This document shows positions 21,301 through 29,712 of a DNA stretch of 64,000 bases, piece after piece. The stretch is from contig CAYHHX010000001.1 of the NCBI GenBank assembly GCA_964356545.1, forward strand, positions 1,918 through 65,917. The letters are read 5' to 3'. Both the position numbers and the translations under genes were made by a program. The notes under the pieces were generated by a model. The model did no database searches. It worked only from the letters and a program-made list of their open reading frames with translations, and had not been told where the DNA came from. The DNA is from an uncultured Candidatus Saccharibacteria bacterium (lineage in GTDB: Bacteria; Patescibacteriota; Minisyncoccia; Minisyncoccales; Staskawiczbacteraceae). Within the stretch, counting starts at the first letter, position 1. Every line of letters starts with the position of its first letter.

Positions 21301-21729
21301 GTTGGACATAGCCATGGCGGAAATATTGGAATTCTTGTTAGTCAAAAAACAGAAAGAAAAATAGATAATCTTGTAACTCTTGGTACTCCAGCTAGAAGCG
21401 ATTACCAACCAAATTATGATATGGTGGGACGTCACATAAATGCATACAGTAATGTAGATATGATACAGGGAGGCGGAGGTGGACAAACAAATTTATCTGC
21501 AGTGCTTCTTGGGACTGTTGGTAATGCTTTTGGTATTCCTGGAGCAATTATTGGATATGCGCTTGGTAATATATTAGGCTGGGGAGAATTTGGTTCTGCC
21601 GGTAGAAAATTTAGTGGAGCGGAAAACATTAGTGTAACTAAAGAAGCTGGTCGTTTTAGTCCCTTTAGTTCTCATTCTAATTTATTGCAAAGTAGCGTTT
21701 GGTCAAGGGTTGATAAATTAATTAAGTAG
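15349..21729 (+). CDS. Secreted RHS/YD-repeat protein (SpvB/TcdB-like N-terminus, FG-GAP repeats) with C-terminal alpha/beta-hydrolase toxin domain
   Basis: Signal peptide; TGALVYSYPIEVPSGRNG; six DxNxDxxxD repeats; YD repeats; core YLNARYY...GRFISQDP...NNPIIGSDPSGL; GHSHGG and LVTLGTP in the tip. Confidence 0.92.
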   Translation: MSMNKIKNNFHKNKLAFSKKVTAYLLIALFFYFPLESVFAEENISENINKEETSASQLVDSEKNNQEKPLAEKNIIGDTKNNIQQKGERKNNEKEDNTDKKERNKKKKNDSDDEELIQAQAAGSSSGSSNNNQFAFNPAAKIMMPEADTTTGALVYSYPIEVPSGRNGMAPKVSLYYNSQKNDNASIVGFGWDLDIPKIERVNKHGVNKLYDYQDFQSSLSGELVNVSGNDYGAKIENGSFLKYQLNNEIWTTTDKKGTIYKFGSSNSSKIYNLSDTSKIYSWYLDEIIDTNGNFIKYTYIKDNTDNFLYPDKIIYTGNGELSGIFSVEFKKESRPDSYTINNAGFYQKIDERINSIETYIAGNLNRKYDLTYGMGDNGKRSMLEKITESGRDNLGITATLPSFDIAYTEGNIGLADAPSISYPWVTETDSNGNSYTTPFTLADQSIRIIDINGDGLKDIVKSSVAYGQWGAMYPNFWVLKNNGSGWVVDNSWSQPTYSYVNGSGRTISEYFTFSNAIDVGDWNGDGKDDLIKFWVENLGGGANKQHAVVLLNTGAGWTQNTNIETDTPTYMSYNAGIQNLYLYSGSSGSSRFIDLNGDGLIDCINAWNHQINGINYPSFAVLYNDGEDLKWDPTVLQLYFKNSPTSASSPLALTNSIKILDINGDGLVDFMSAHNYQINGIDNPSFWVLINNGHGWDQDFGITHPRYTALDVNDNLQTNYFSSTSGWQVVDINADNLPDFIIFAPLNSGGGTYKKRKTVLINTGKGWIQDDSLINIGDYSYTYNGSTQTNYPSSSDAGSAFLDINGDGLVDIAHPSFYQQQGIYYTINWTLIGSGKIANTLSKITLPEGGSYDIAYKMTSAYRDVLGNLLNSSLLLAYNTVEKIIQNDGNGITHIANYKYEGGHFFYGSAFNKRFAGFSIIYKNDFAGNTTKTYYHTANQSDSNYGEFQDEYWKIGKAYSIEQYDNANHLYTKTINKWDSFDLGGGSKFLKLAQTVNYNFDGDATHRDTAEGYTYDNSNGNVTQKVQWGEVSGQDNGTFTDTGSDKFTTDYAYASNASLSIVGLPSKETITDQNSLKVKESKFYYDLQALGSIIQGNLTKKEDWKVGTAYINNQTTYNSYGLATVSTDPRGKTTKYVYDAHNLYPATVTNAKNQSTNYLYNYALGKMTQKTDPSKRVFQYVYDGLGRLIEEKQPDIATPSTLITKAIYVYTDTPNAVSVKKSSYLDALNFAESYTYFDGLGRKIQERQEAEGTVFAVKDYIYNNLGLITKESLPYFSANLSKTSPTIDSALYINYKYDALGRVVSVTNAVGTTTNMYNDWKLTVIDVGGKSKDLYKNAYGSLVQVDEHNSLDTYSTLYNYNYLGNITKITDALSNIRKFTYDGLGRRLTAEDLHVSSDTSYGIWTYTYDNAGNLTQTLDPNGQKVIYTYDNLNRVLKEDYIGVTGTEATYAYDAGTDGIGKLTNVINSSITKNYTYNALGLLKKETDKFGLTIYITTYSYDRQGNQTTVTNPDNSKVQYIYNTAGLLDQVKRKESIDSAFVSVVNNFDYSPEGKVTIQENYNGTTNTNTYDVAKLYRLTSKVATTANGDRIQDLSYTYDLVGNITKIVDASTTATAKTSDYTYDDLYRLTSVTVTGVAVGQEPYIQTYSYDAIGNIITKSDVVGSYIYDGTIYANPHAVTIIGSATFSYDNNGNLLNSTSGFINTWDYKNRLIQSVKETITNSYGYDAEGQRVKLITADKNTYYPTKSYNITFLNSDTQNPTSITKHIFANSIDIATIEGTGATSQIYYASKDLLNSSSIITDSVGVIAETMDYFPFGGIRIDQKVTGSSFSEQRKFIGQEYDQDTGLNYLNARYYNATIGRFISQDPMFWQLPNELLADPQQLNSYSYARNNPIIGSDPSGLLTVIVPGTSYNSKDWSSSGSMSNFISSVGKTFNETHQTSVINDKSNWSGGDNSNARQKAAEHITGFIKDYKFADGEQLNIVGHSHGGNIGILVSQKTERKIDNLVTLGTPARSDYQPNYDMVGRHINAYSNVDMIQGGGGGQTNLSAVLLGTVGNAFGIPGAIIGYALGNILGWGEFGSAGRKFSGAENISVTKEAGRFSPFSSHSNLLQSSVWSRVDKLIK

Positions 21730-21741
21730 TTCAATAAAAGT

Positions 21742-22020
21742 ATGAAATTTAGGTTTATAATAATTTTAATTTTTTCCTTCATATCCATATTTCTTGTTAG
21801 CGACTTGATTAAGGTTGCAAATTCATACGAAATTTCTCTTGGTTACTTCCTATTTGTAGTGCCTGTCAATGCTATTTTAATAGTCATATCTTTTATTGCT
21901 AAGAGAGAGGATATAGGTTGGGAGAAAAAAATAGCGGTTTTAGGAATTGTTGTTGCCTTTGTCAGTTTGCTATTAGGTGGTCTTACAACAGCATATCGTT
22001 TAATTAGTTATTATTTATAA
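21742..22020 (+). CDS. Small membrane protein, putative cognate RHS immunity protein
   Basis: Directly downstream of the toxin; 92 aa, three hydrophobic segments. Confidence 0.6.
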   Translation: MKFRFIIILIFSFISIFLVSDLIKVANSYEISLGYFLFVVPVNAILIVISFIAKREDIGWEKKIAVLGIVVAFVSLLLGGLTTAYRLISYYL

Positions 22021-22036
22021 TGTTGCTTCAAGGGGG

Positions 22037-22057
22037 AAATAGGTACAGCCACTATTC
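22037..22057 (-). repeat. REP-like 21-mer, reverse copy
   Basis: AAATAGGTACAGCCACTATTC preceded by GGGGG; directly upstream of the truncated RAYT. Confidence 0.75.
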
Positions 22058-22081
22058 TTTGTGATATGATATCATAGTTCT

Positions 22082-22390
22082 ATGCCGAGGGTTCATAGAG
22101 TTGATATTAAAGAAGAGATATACCATATCATCAATCGCGCCAACGCACGGTTGCCGATTTTTTTTAACGAAGAAGATTATGTGCTATTTGAATTGATATT
22201 TGAGCAGGCGAAAGAAAGATTTGATATGCGTATCTTAGCATATTGCTTAATGCCAAATCATTTTCACTTGGTGTTGTGGCCAAAAGAAGATGACGACCTC
22301 CAAAAATTTATGCAATGGATTACCTTAACCCACACCCAGCGTTGTAAATGGGGTCAGCCACCATTTAATAATAAGTATGGTATACTGTAA
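22082..22390 (+). pseudogene. Truncated RAYT / IS200-like Y1 transposase (N-terminal half)
   Basis: YHIINRANAR, MPNHFHL; homology to the next gene stops at THTQR, where a REP-like 21-mer begins. Confidence 0.88.
22346..22366 (-). repeat. REP-like 21-mer, reverse copy
   Basis: AAATGGGGTCAGCCACCATTT. Confidence 0.88.
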
Positions 22391-22392
22391 GT

Positions 22393-23067
22393 ATGCCAAG
22401 AACAACAAGAACAGATGTTGCGCAAGAAATATACCATGTATTGAACAGAGCTAATGCCAGAGTGCAGATTTTTGATGACGATAAAGATTATCTAGATTTC
22501 GAAAAAATATTACAAGAAGCAGTAGAAAAGTTTAATATGGGGCTATTGGCGTATTGTATTATGCCGAACCACTGGCATTTAGTCCTGCATCCAAAACAAG
22601 ACGGCGATCTTGCTAAATTCATGGGATGGCTTTCAAATACCCATACGCGAAGATGGCATACCCAAAAGGGAACCATTGGACAAGGACATCTTTATCAGGG
22701 AAGATACAAGTCATTTTTATGCCAGCAAGATGATCATTTTATTACATTAGTTTTATATGTTGAGCGCAATGCAAAAAAGGCTGACTTGTGTAAGTTAGCT
22801 CAGGATTGGAAGTGGTCTAGCATTTGGCGAAGGGAGAGTGGATTGGCAGAGCAGACTGCGATTTTAGAGAAATGGCCGATTGATATGCCAAAAAATTATT
22901 TATCACTAGTTAATCAAAATCAAGACGCGAACGAAGAAGAAAGAATTGAAAAAGCCATTGATAAAAGTAATCCATATGGAGATACTCATTGGATTCAGAA
23001 AGTAGTTAAAAAGTTTGGTCTTGAGCAAACATTAAGAAGGGTGGGGAGGCCAAAGAATGGTGGCTGA
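22393..23067 (+). mobile_element. Intact REP-associated tyrosine transposase (RAYT; HUH Y1, IS200/IS605 superfamily)
   Basis: MPR start, YHVLNRAN, HUH motif MPNHWHL, GHLYQGRYKS, catalytic YVERN, WKWSS, GRPK end; bracketed by inverted 21-mers. Confidence 0.9.
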
Positions 23068-23076
23068 CCCTAATTT
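23055..23076 (+). repeat. REP-like motif, forward copy, supplies the RAYT stop codon
   Basis: GAATGGTGGCTGACCCTAATTT. Confidence 0.8.
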
Positions 23077-23296
23077 CCATAACGATTTCATCGATGAAAC
23101 TATTTTTTACTTTTTCCCGATAATTTTTACTACTGTGGTTTCAGTATATTTTTTTACCAAAAAGAAAAAAACCATTGTTGTATTAATGATTATTGCTGGA
23201 GTGCTTTATTATTTATGGATATTATTTGGGGTTCTTTGGACGGCAGGAGAAGGTTGTTTCCCTTTATTTTATGGATTAATAAAACCTTCTTGCTAA
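23057..23296 (+). CDS. Small membrane protein, probably a 5'-truncated orphan immunity gene whose ATG comes from the repeat
   Basis: Two hydrophobic segments; start codon lies inside the REP-like motif. Confidence 0.4.
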   Translation: MVADPNFHNDFIDETIFYFFPIIFTTVVSVYFFTKKKKTIVVLMIIAGVLYYLWILFGVLWTAGEGCFPLFYGLIKPSC

Positions 23297-23338
23297 CTAA
23301 GAAAAGAAACAGAGGGAAGTATTAGTGCATTATCTTCT

Positions 23339-23677
23339 ATGGTCCAAAATGTCAAAGATAAAGTAAATTCATTTTTTTTGAAAAAAAATAACATGAAAAA
23401 ACTATTTATTTTTAGTGTTGGATTAGTTTTAGGTTTCTTCTTTGAGTTTTTGAACCTTACAGAATTTTATAGTATTTTTTTACCAAAAAACTATGTAAAT
23501 GCTAATTCTTCATTATTTCTTTTTGTATATCCATTATTAATCATAATAGTAATTGTTGCTTTTATGATATTTATAAAAAATTATCCTTGGATGTGGTTAA
23601 TGATTGGATTTTTTAGCGGTTTTTTATTATGTATCATGGGTTTTATGGCTCTATTAGGTCTAGGCGGAGGAGTTTGA
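23339..23677 (+). CDS. Small membrane protein, putative orphan immunity protein (start may be the MKKLF ATG at 23393)
   Basis: Three hydrophobic segments; downstream of the RHS locus. Confidence 0.5.
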   Translation: MVQNVKDKVNSFFLKKNNMKKLFIFSVGLVLGFFFEFLNLTEFYSIFLPKNYVNANSSLFLFVYPLLIIIVIVAFMIFIKNYPWMWLMIGFFSGFLLCIMGFMALLGLGGGV

Positions 23678-23713
23678 TAAAATTAATTGATAAATAAATA
23701 ATAAATTAAAGTT

Positions 23714-24397
23714 ATGAAAAAATATGTATATAGTTTGTTAGGGTTAATTGTTTTATTTAGTTTTTTAATTACAGCCTTACCAATAGAAGCAGCTAAAAAT
23801 CAAAAACTAAAATCAGTTATTAGAGACAACTTTAATAAATACACAAACGGCAGCATTGTTGGGCAAGACGGATGGTTTAATAGAGCAAATGGGTTGCCTT
23901 ATGTTGTTCAAAATATTGTGGTAAAAAAAGGTAAAAAAGCTCTTTATAATAACAATACGGGAGCGGACAGTGTTATTACTAAAACCAGCAGCACTGCGTT
24001 GCCAAATGGCAAGCAATCCTTTTGGATTAGAACAGAAAATAGGTCTGGTTGGGGAAATTACAATATAGGCGAAAATTTCCAATTAGGTCTTTTCCAAGGC
24101 TCTTGGGATGGGTCATCAAGAGCAACACTTGCTTTTATGAAGGATGGGTATGTAGCTATTCTTGATACAGCTACTGACAAGTATGTTAATTTTGACACCT
24201 ACACTGATAATCGTTGGACGTTGATTCAAGCAGAATGGCGTATGTCAGATAAAACAATAAGGTGGCGAGTAAATGAAAGGGTATGGACTAATTGGACACC
24301 TTTTGTAGGCAGCACCTCCTTTACTGGTTTTGACACAGTAGGATTTGTTACTTTTTATCTTGGTTCTGGTGGGGTTTATATTGATGACTTACGTTAA
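23714..24397 (+). CDS. Secreted beta-rich hypothetical protein
   Basis: Signal peptide MKKYVYSLLGLIVLFSFLITALPIEA; DNFNKY...GQDGW; ends VYIDDL. Confidence 0.65.
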   Translation: MKKYVYSLLGLIVLFSFLITALPIEAAKNQKLKSVIRDNFNKYTNGSIVGQDGWFNRANGLPYVVQNIVVKKGKKALYNNNTGADSVITKTSSTALPNGKQSFWIRTENRSGWGNYNIGENFQLGLFQGSWDGSSRATLAFMKDGYVAILDTATDKYVNFDTYTDNRWTLIQAEWRMSDKTIRWRVNERVWTNWTPFVGSTSFTGFDTVGFVTFYLGSGGVYIDDLR

Positions 24398-24434
24398 AAA
24401 CAATTAGGTGGACTTTTATAAATTGGGGAAATGG

Positions 24435-24455
24435 AAATGATGACAACCACCATTT
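24435..24455 (-). repeat. REP-like 21-mer, reverse copy
   Basis: AAATGATGACAACCACCATTT preceded by GGGGAAATGG stutter. Confidence 0.75.
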
Positions 24456-24560
24456 TCTTTTTGAAACCATCTTTTAATCAAGATGGTTTTTAGTTGGATA
24501 GCTTTTTTAAATATTTTTTGCTATAATGAATCAATATAATTAATTAATTAAATAAATTTT

Positions 24561-24773
24561 ATGAAAAAATTTACTTGTAAAGAAATGGGCGGGCCGTGCG
24601 ACATGGAATTTGAAGGAGAAACCATGATGGAAGTTGCCGGTAAAGGAGGGAAGCATATAGAAACCACTACCGATGAAGATCATAAACCAATGAGAGATCA
24701 AATGGCTAATGGAACAGAAGAAGGAAAGGAAGAATGGTTTACTTGGTTTAAAGGTTTGTGGGATGCGAAATAA
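24561..24773 (+). CDS. Small DUF1059-like metal-binding protein
   Basis: MKKFTCKEMGGPCD...KH; own promoter-like TATAAT and terminator at 24786-24818. Confidence 0.7.
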   Translation: MKKFTCKEMGGPCDMEFEGETMMEVAGKGGKHIETTTDEDHKPMRDQMANGTEEGKEEWFTWFKGLWDAK

Positions 24774-24920
24774 ATTAATAATATCAAAGCCACCTTTTAA
24801 GCAAGGTGGCTTTTTTTTAAATAATGATGTAGGGTAATAGCTTTTTGAATTTTTTTTTGATATAATTCAAAATGAACTACTTAATTGGGTGGAATAATAA
24901 ATTATTTCTCTCTTATTATT

Positions 24921-25433
24921 ATGAAAATTTATATTGCAACTGATCATCGGGGCTATGTGTTAAAAGAAAAGATAAAACAGTGGCTATTGGAGTGGAATTA
25001 CGAATGCGAAGATTTTGGAGCTCACAAATTGGATTTAAAAGATGATTACCCCGATTTTATTTCATTGGCCGCGCAGGCCGTTTCAAAAAACCCAGAAAAT
25101 TCCAGAGGGATTATTTTAGGGGGTTCTGGCCAAGGAGAGGCCATAGTAGCTAATAAGTATAAAGGAGTTAGAGCGATTGTGTATTACGGCGGTCCAGAAG
25201 ACATTATTAAACTATCAAGAGAACACAATAATGCCAATGTTCTTTCTTTGGGAGTCTTTTTTTTGGATGAAGAAAATACTAAAAATGTGGTAAGACTTTG
25301 GCTAGAAACGCCATTTAGTGGCGACGAAAGGCATGTGCGTCGTATTAATAAAATAAGCGCTATTGGAGTACGGGATTCGAACATGAATCAGATTGAGAAG
25401 TCCAAAAATGAGATAATTTCACAGGATTTTTGA
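24921..25433 (+). CDS. rpiB: Ribose-5-phosphate isomerase B (C-terminus replaced by MITE sequence)
   Basis: IATDHRG, DDYPD, GGSGQGE, ANK, SREHNNANVL, RHVRRINKI. Confidence 0.9.
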   Translation: MKIYIATDHRGYVLKEKIKQWLLEWNYECEDFGAHKLDLKDDYPDFISLAAQAVSKNPENSRGIILGGSGQGEAIVANKYKGVRAIVYYGGPEDIIKLSREHNNANVLSLGVFFLDEENTKNVVRLWLETPFSGDERHVRRINKISAIGVRDSNMNQIEKSKNEIISQDF

Positions 25434-25633
25434 GAAGGCGATGCCAATTGGCATCGCCGACGATAAAATCCAAAGAAATTAGCCATTTTTAGGCTTCCCT
25501 GCGGGTACTCGTATATTGCTTATCTTCTGCGTTTTCGGAGCTCAACGATGCGTAAAGCATCGTTTTACTCCTCAATCCTTGAATATAAACAATATACGAG
25601 TACTCAATTGATTCTGTTCGAATCCCGTACTCC
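25365..25633. mobile_element. MITE-like element of about 269 bp
   Basis: Terminal inverted repeats GGAGTACGGGATTCGAACA / TGTTCGAATCCCGTACTCC (19 bp perfect, imperfect to about 33 bp); internal hairpins. Confidence 0.85.
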
Positions 25634-25649
25634 TAAAACAATCATAGTA

Positions 25650-26288
25650 ATGAAAAAAATTATTCCGGCTATTTTAACAAAAGATATCGCAGAATTACAA
25701 AGTAAACTTGCGCAAATACAAAAACTTACCGATTGGGCGCAGATTGATATCATGGATGGAAAGTTTGTCCAAAATACTTCAATTAGTTTAGAAAATGTTT
25801 CTTTGATAAAGATTCCCAATGGTGTTTTTTTAGAGGCGCACTTGATGGTTGAAAATCCGGTAAGTTATTTTTTGCAGTGCCAACAAGCTAACATAAAAAG
25901 AGTTGTTTTTCATATTGAAGCGGATAGCGACATTAAAAATATTTTATTTAAAGCTAAAAGTTTTGATTTTCAAAAAGGATTTGCTTTAAATCCGGAAACA
26001 CCGGTAGAAAAAATTATTCCGTATATTAATAATGTAGATGTGGTTCTTTTAATGTCGGTGAATCCGGGGTTTGGTGGTCAAGAATTTATTTTAAATACAT
26101 TAGATAAAATTCGGGCATTAAAAAAAGTAGCGCCACACTTAAAAATTGAAGTTGATGGGGGAATTAATATTGATAACATTAAAGAAATAAGTGATGCCGG
26201 CGCAGATTATTTTGTGGTAGGAAGCGGTTTATTTGAAGCGAAAGACAGTAGAAAACAGTTTGAAAATTTACAAATGCAAATAAAATAG
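25650..26288 (+). CDS. rpe: Ribulose-phosphate 3-epimerase
   Basis: IIPAIL, IDIMDGKFV, EAHLMV, MSVNPGFGGQ, EVDGGI. Confidence 0.92.
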   Translation: MKKIIPAILTKDIAELQSKLAQIQKLTDWAQIDIMDGKFVQNTSISLENVSLIKIPNGVFLEAHLMVENPVSYFLQCQQANIKRVVFHIEADSDIKNILFKAKSFDFQKGFALNPETPVEKIIPYINNVDVVLLMSVNPGFGGQEFILNTLDKIRALKKVAPHLKIEVDGGINIDNIKEISDAGADYFVVGSGLFEAKDSRKQFENLQMQIK

Positions 26289-26298
26289 AAAAAACAAA

Positions 26299-26754
26299 AT
26301 GCAAGAATTAATTAAAAAATTTGACATTTTAGTGATAAGTCGCCTTAAAGAGCTAGAGGTTCCTATTGACCGAATTGCAATTTTTACCGTTTACTTTTGG
26401 TTTGGAATCCTTAAAATTATTGGAGTTAGTCCAGCTACTCCTTTGGTTCAAGCTCTTTTTGAAAAAACCATCACCTTTATGCCGTTTGCCACTTTTTATA
26501 TAGTATTTTCTTTTTTTGAAATTGCTATTGGAATTCTTTTTCTCACCCGGGGACTAGAGCGTTTAGCTATTTTTTTGCTTGGATTACACCTTATTACCAC
26601 TATATTGCCATTTATTTTTGTGCCACAGCTTACTTGGCAGGGATTTTTAGTGCCGACTCTTGAGGGTCAATATATTATAAAAAATATTTTGATTATTGCC
26701 TCTGCGGTTGTTGTTGGCTCAAAGTTAGTGCCAATGAAATCAATAGTAAAATAA
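26299..26754 (+). CDS. DoxX/YkgB-like membrane protein
   Basis: YFWFGILK, SPA, EIAIG, TLEGQYIIKN. Confidence 0.7.
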   Translation: MQELIKKFDILVISRLKELEVPIDRIAIFTVYFWFGILKIIGVSPATPLVQALFEKTITFMPFATFYIVFSFFEIAIGILFLTRGLERLAIFLLGLHLITTILPFIFVPQLTWQGFLVPTLEGQYIIKNILIIASAVVVGSKLVPMKSIVK

Positions 26755-26760
26755 AATTTA

Positions 26761-26800
26761 AAATAAAAAAAACGAGTATAATAACTCGTTTTTTTTATTT
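26761..26800. terminator. Bidirectional terminator between convergent genes
   Basis: AAATAAAAAAAACGAG...CTCGTTTTTTTTATTT. Confidence 0.75.
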
Positions 26801-26810
26801 ATTAGGATTA

Positions 26811-28484
26811 CTATGCCTTTTGCGTGTTTATATGATTTTCTGCGTATTCAAATGTACCACCAACTTTTTTGCCTGGATTAAAAATGTTCAATGGATCAAA
26901 AATTTGCTTGGTTTTAGCAAATAAATCACATACTTTTTGGCCATACATTTGCAGTAAAAAAGGAGTGCGAATAATACCATCGTTATGCTCTGATGTTATA
27001 GTGCCATTAAATTTTATAATAAGACCGTATATTTCTTTTGAAAGCGTCATAATTATTTTTTTTGATTTTGGATTAGTAAGGTCCATCAATGGAATAATGT
27101 GAAAATTACCGTCGCCCAAATGGCCCGCAATAGTATATATAAGCTTGTATCGATTTAAAATTTCGTAAAGTTTTGGAAGGAATTCTGGCAAGTAGTCGGC
27201 CCTAACTGAAAAGTCATCAATAAAAGGGGCAGTTCTTAACTTTCTCACATGCTTTCTTAATAAACTAAAACTTTCTCTTCTTATTACCCAAAATTCTTCC
27301 GTTTCTTCGTCGCTTTGAGAAACGCGCATTTTAATTTTATTTCCCAGAGCTTTATGCAGAGCTTCTTTGGCATTTTGCGCAGTTTTATCTGCTTCTTCTG
27401 CTGTATCTGCGGTAAACTCTGCCAGTAAAACTAATTTTGGGATTCCACCAGTAATAATAAGCCAAAGTTCAGGCAGTGTTTTTAATATAATTTTTATCAT
27501 ACTGGATTTAACTCGATGCAAGATTTCTGGGAAAAATCTAATGGCAAGTTTAAATGTGTTGTCGTCGTAGGTTTCAAGGCTTCCGGGATTGAAAGGTAGA
27601 ATAATGCTACTTAATTTTGAAACCAAAGATAGGTCTTTTATAAATACAATAAGTAATTTTGAATATTTTTGAGGATGAATAAGATTAAGTTTTACTTTTG
27701 TCATAAAACCCAATGTTCCTTGCGCTCCAACAATAAGCTTTGCTATATTAAATGTACGGGCTTGTTTATCGTAAACGTCCCACAAAGAGTATCCAGCCGA
27801 ATTTTTAGTAACATTTGGCTTAGCTGTTTTAACAAGGTCATAATTATCGTTGATTAACTTAAACATTTCTTTGTATATTTGCCCTTCGAAATTTTCTAAA
27901 GCCATTTTTTCTTGCAACTGAGTTTCTGTAATTTTTGAAAATTCATATTCATTTCCGTCTGCTAATACCATAGTTAGCGATTCAACATATCGCTCGGTTT
28001 TGCCATAGCGCAAGGTTTTTTCTCCACCAGAGTTATTATTAACAATGCCTCCCATAGCGCAAAGTTCGCGCGAAGCCGGATAACTTGGTAAGATAAGATT
28101 TTTAGTTAAAGTTTGTTTTTCAAAATCTCTGTAATACATTCCCGGTTCTACGATAGCGTAGTCGTCTCCTAGTTCTAATAAATGGTTAAAGTATTTGGTA
28201 AATTCCACCACGATGCTTTCGGTGAGTGGTCCGCCAGTCATGTCGGTTCCGGCTGAACGGGCAGTAAGCGAAACATTGCGTCCATTCTTTTTTTCTTGTG
28301 CGACAAAACGGATTAATTTTTTAATATCTTCTACATTTTTGGGAAATACCACTAATGCCGGTTTTACAAAAAAAAGACTGGCATCAGTGGAGTATTGTAA
28401 AAGCGTAGCAGGGGAGTCGTCTACATCGCCGTCTATATTAAGATTTTTTATTTCGTCTGATAGCATGGGTTCATTATAATTCAA
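26811..28484 (-). CDS. FAD-binding oxidoreductase (GlcD / D-lactate dehydrogenase family)
   Basis: YSTDAS, RSAGTDMTGG, GAQGTLG, GHLGDGNFH, EHNDG, DPLNIFNPGK. Confidence 0.88.
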   Translation of the reverse strand: MNYNEPMLSDEIKNLNIDGDVDDSPATLLQYSTDASLFFVKPALVVFPKNVEDIKKLIRFVAQEKKNGRNVSLTARSAGTDMTGGPLTESIVVEFTKYFNHLLELGDDYAIVEPGMYYRDFEKQTLTKNLILPSYPASRELCAMGGIVNNNSGGEKTLRYGKTERYVESLTMVLADGNEYEFSKITETQLQEKMALENFEGQIYKEMFKLINDNYDLVKTAKPNVTKNSAGYSLWDVYDKQARTFNIAKLIVGAQGTLGFMTKVKLNLIHPQKYSKLLIVFIKDLSLVSKLSSIILPFNPGSLETYDDNTFKLAIRFFPEILHRVKSSMIKIILKTLPELWLIITGGIPKLVLLAEFTADTAEEADKTAQNAKEALHKALGNKIKMRVSQSDEETEEFWVIRRESFSLLRKHVRKLRTAPFIDDFSVRADYLPEFLPKLYEILNRYKLIYTIAGHLGDGNFHIIPLMDLTNPKSKKIIMTLSKEIYGLIIKFNGTITSEHNDGIIRTPFLLQMYGQKVCDLFAKTKQIFDPLNIFNPGKKVGGTFEYAENHINTQKA

Positions 28485-28632
28485 ATGAGGTAAAAGTAAA
28501 AGAAAAGACTATTCTTTTGAACAACCTTTTTATGCAATTATTTATATATTCTTTCACCTGGTCATTTGCGACCTTCTTTATGCGGCGTGTATGTCAAAAT
28601 GCCAGGAAATATAAATAGGCAATATTAATAAA

Positions 28633-29712
28633 TTATAACAATTCGGATGGGTATTTTAAGCTTCCACTTTTATACGCCGCCGCCTTAGAATAATACTTTA
28701 TATTTTCTCCAAAACCATCAATATCTTTTCTTATAAAATCCTTAGTTTCCCTGCCAAAATAACCCTCTTCTGGTACAAATTTAATTTTATCCTTTGAATT
28801 TTGTAATATTAATTGAGGAATATTTAATCCCAACTGACACAATGCAAAAATCCAAGCTGGACTTCTGGGATTTATTTCATAGATATAATATGCGTCTTTA
28901 TTTTTTATGCTCTCAATCTCTATAATGCTTGTCCCAAAAGGAATTAATTCTACCAAGTATTCAGCAAATTCAAATAATTCTTTATTTTTATCAATTTTCC
29001 CGAACCAAGTGGCTCCATTTTGGTCTCTTCCTATTTTAACCATCTCTGCATATCCCACGATTTTATTATTTTTTATACCTATCACACAGTTACGAAATTC
29101 CACCTCTTCATTAGTAATATATTTTTGAACGAGACAATTAACCTCTCCATTGTTCCAAATATTAGATAACTTTTTTATATTTGAAATAAGATCCGTTTCA
29201 TTTTCACAAGGATACGCTCCCTTAACAAGCCCTTTGCATATTACAGGATAACCAATTTTTTCTGCGTAATTTATTGCTTCTTTTATAGAATTTACCTGTT
29301 TTGTTTCTGGTGTCTTATAATTTTTGTATTTTACTATTTTTGGTAAATTTATTTTTTGAATTTTTTTAAGAACTTCCCTTGTCGGTATCATTAATTTTAC
29401 ACCGATATGTTCAATTTTTTCTTTAATAAAAGAGAACAAAATTGCGGTTTCGTCGTAACAAGGGAATATGTAGTCTAATCCATATATTTTTTTGACATTG
29501 ATTATTTTATTGATCAAGGAGTCAAAATTGAGAGTTCTTATTTCTTCCCAACAAAAAACCTCTTCAAATAAATTTTTATCTGAAGTAACGAATGAAGTAT
29601 CGTCCACCCCAATAATTTTAAATCCTGCATCTTTTAAACATCGGCTTACGCCAATGCCAGCTTGGGGACTGTCAATCACCTTTAAATCACTCACAATTAT
29701 TATTTTATTCAT
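28633..29712 (-). CDS. ATP-grasp domain protein
   Basis: IFPCYDE, IGYPVICKG, LVQKYI, YEINPR; likely start MNKIII overlapping the upstream stop. Confidence 0.8.
   Translation of the reverse strand: MNKIIIVSDLKVIDSPQAGIGVSRCLKDAGFKIIGVDDTSFVTSDKNLFEEVFCWEEIRTLNFDSLINKIINVKKIYGLDYIFPCYDETAILFSFIKEKIEHIGVKLMIPTREVLKKIQKINLPKIVKYKNYKTPETKQVNSIKEAINYAEKIGYPVICKGLVKGAYPCENETDLISNIKKLSNIWNNGEVNCLVQKYITNEEVEFRNCVIGIKNNKIVGYAEMVKIGRDQNGATWFGKIDKNKELFEFAEYLVELIPFGTSIIEIESIKNKDAYYIYEINPRSPAWIFALCQLGLNIPQLILQNSKDKIKFVPEEGYFGRETKDFIRKDIDGFGENIKYYSKAAAYKSGSLKYPSELL

Noticed and set aside
25548-25649. N-terminal extension of Rpe in the ORF track
   Set aside because: Derived from MITE sequence; family homology starts at MKKIIPAIL (25650).
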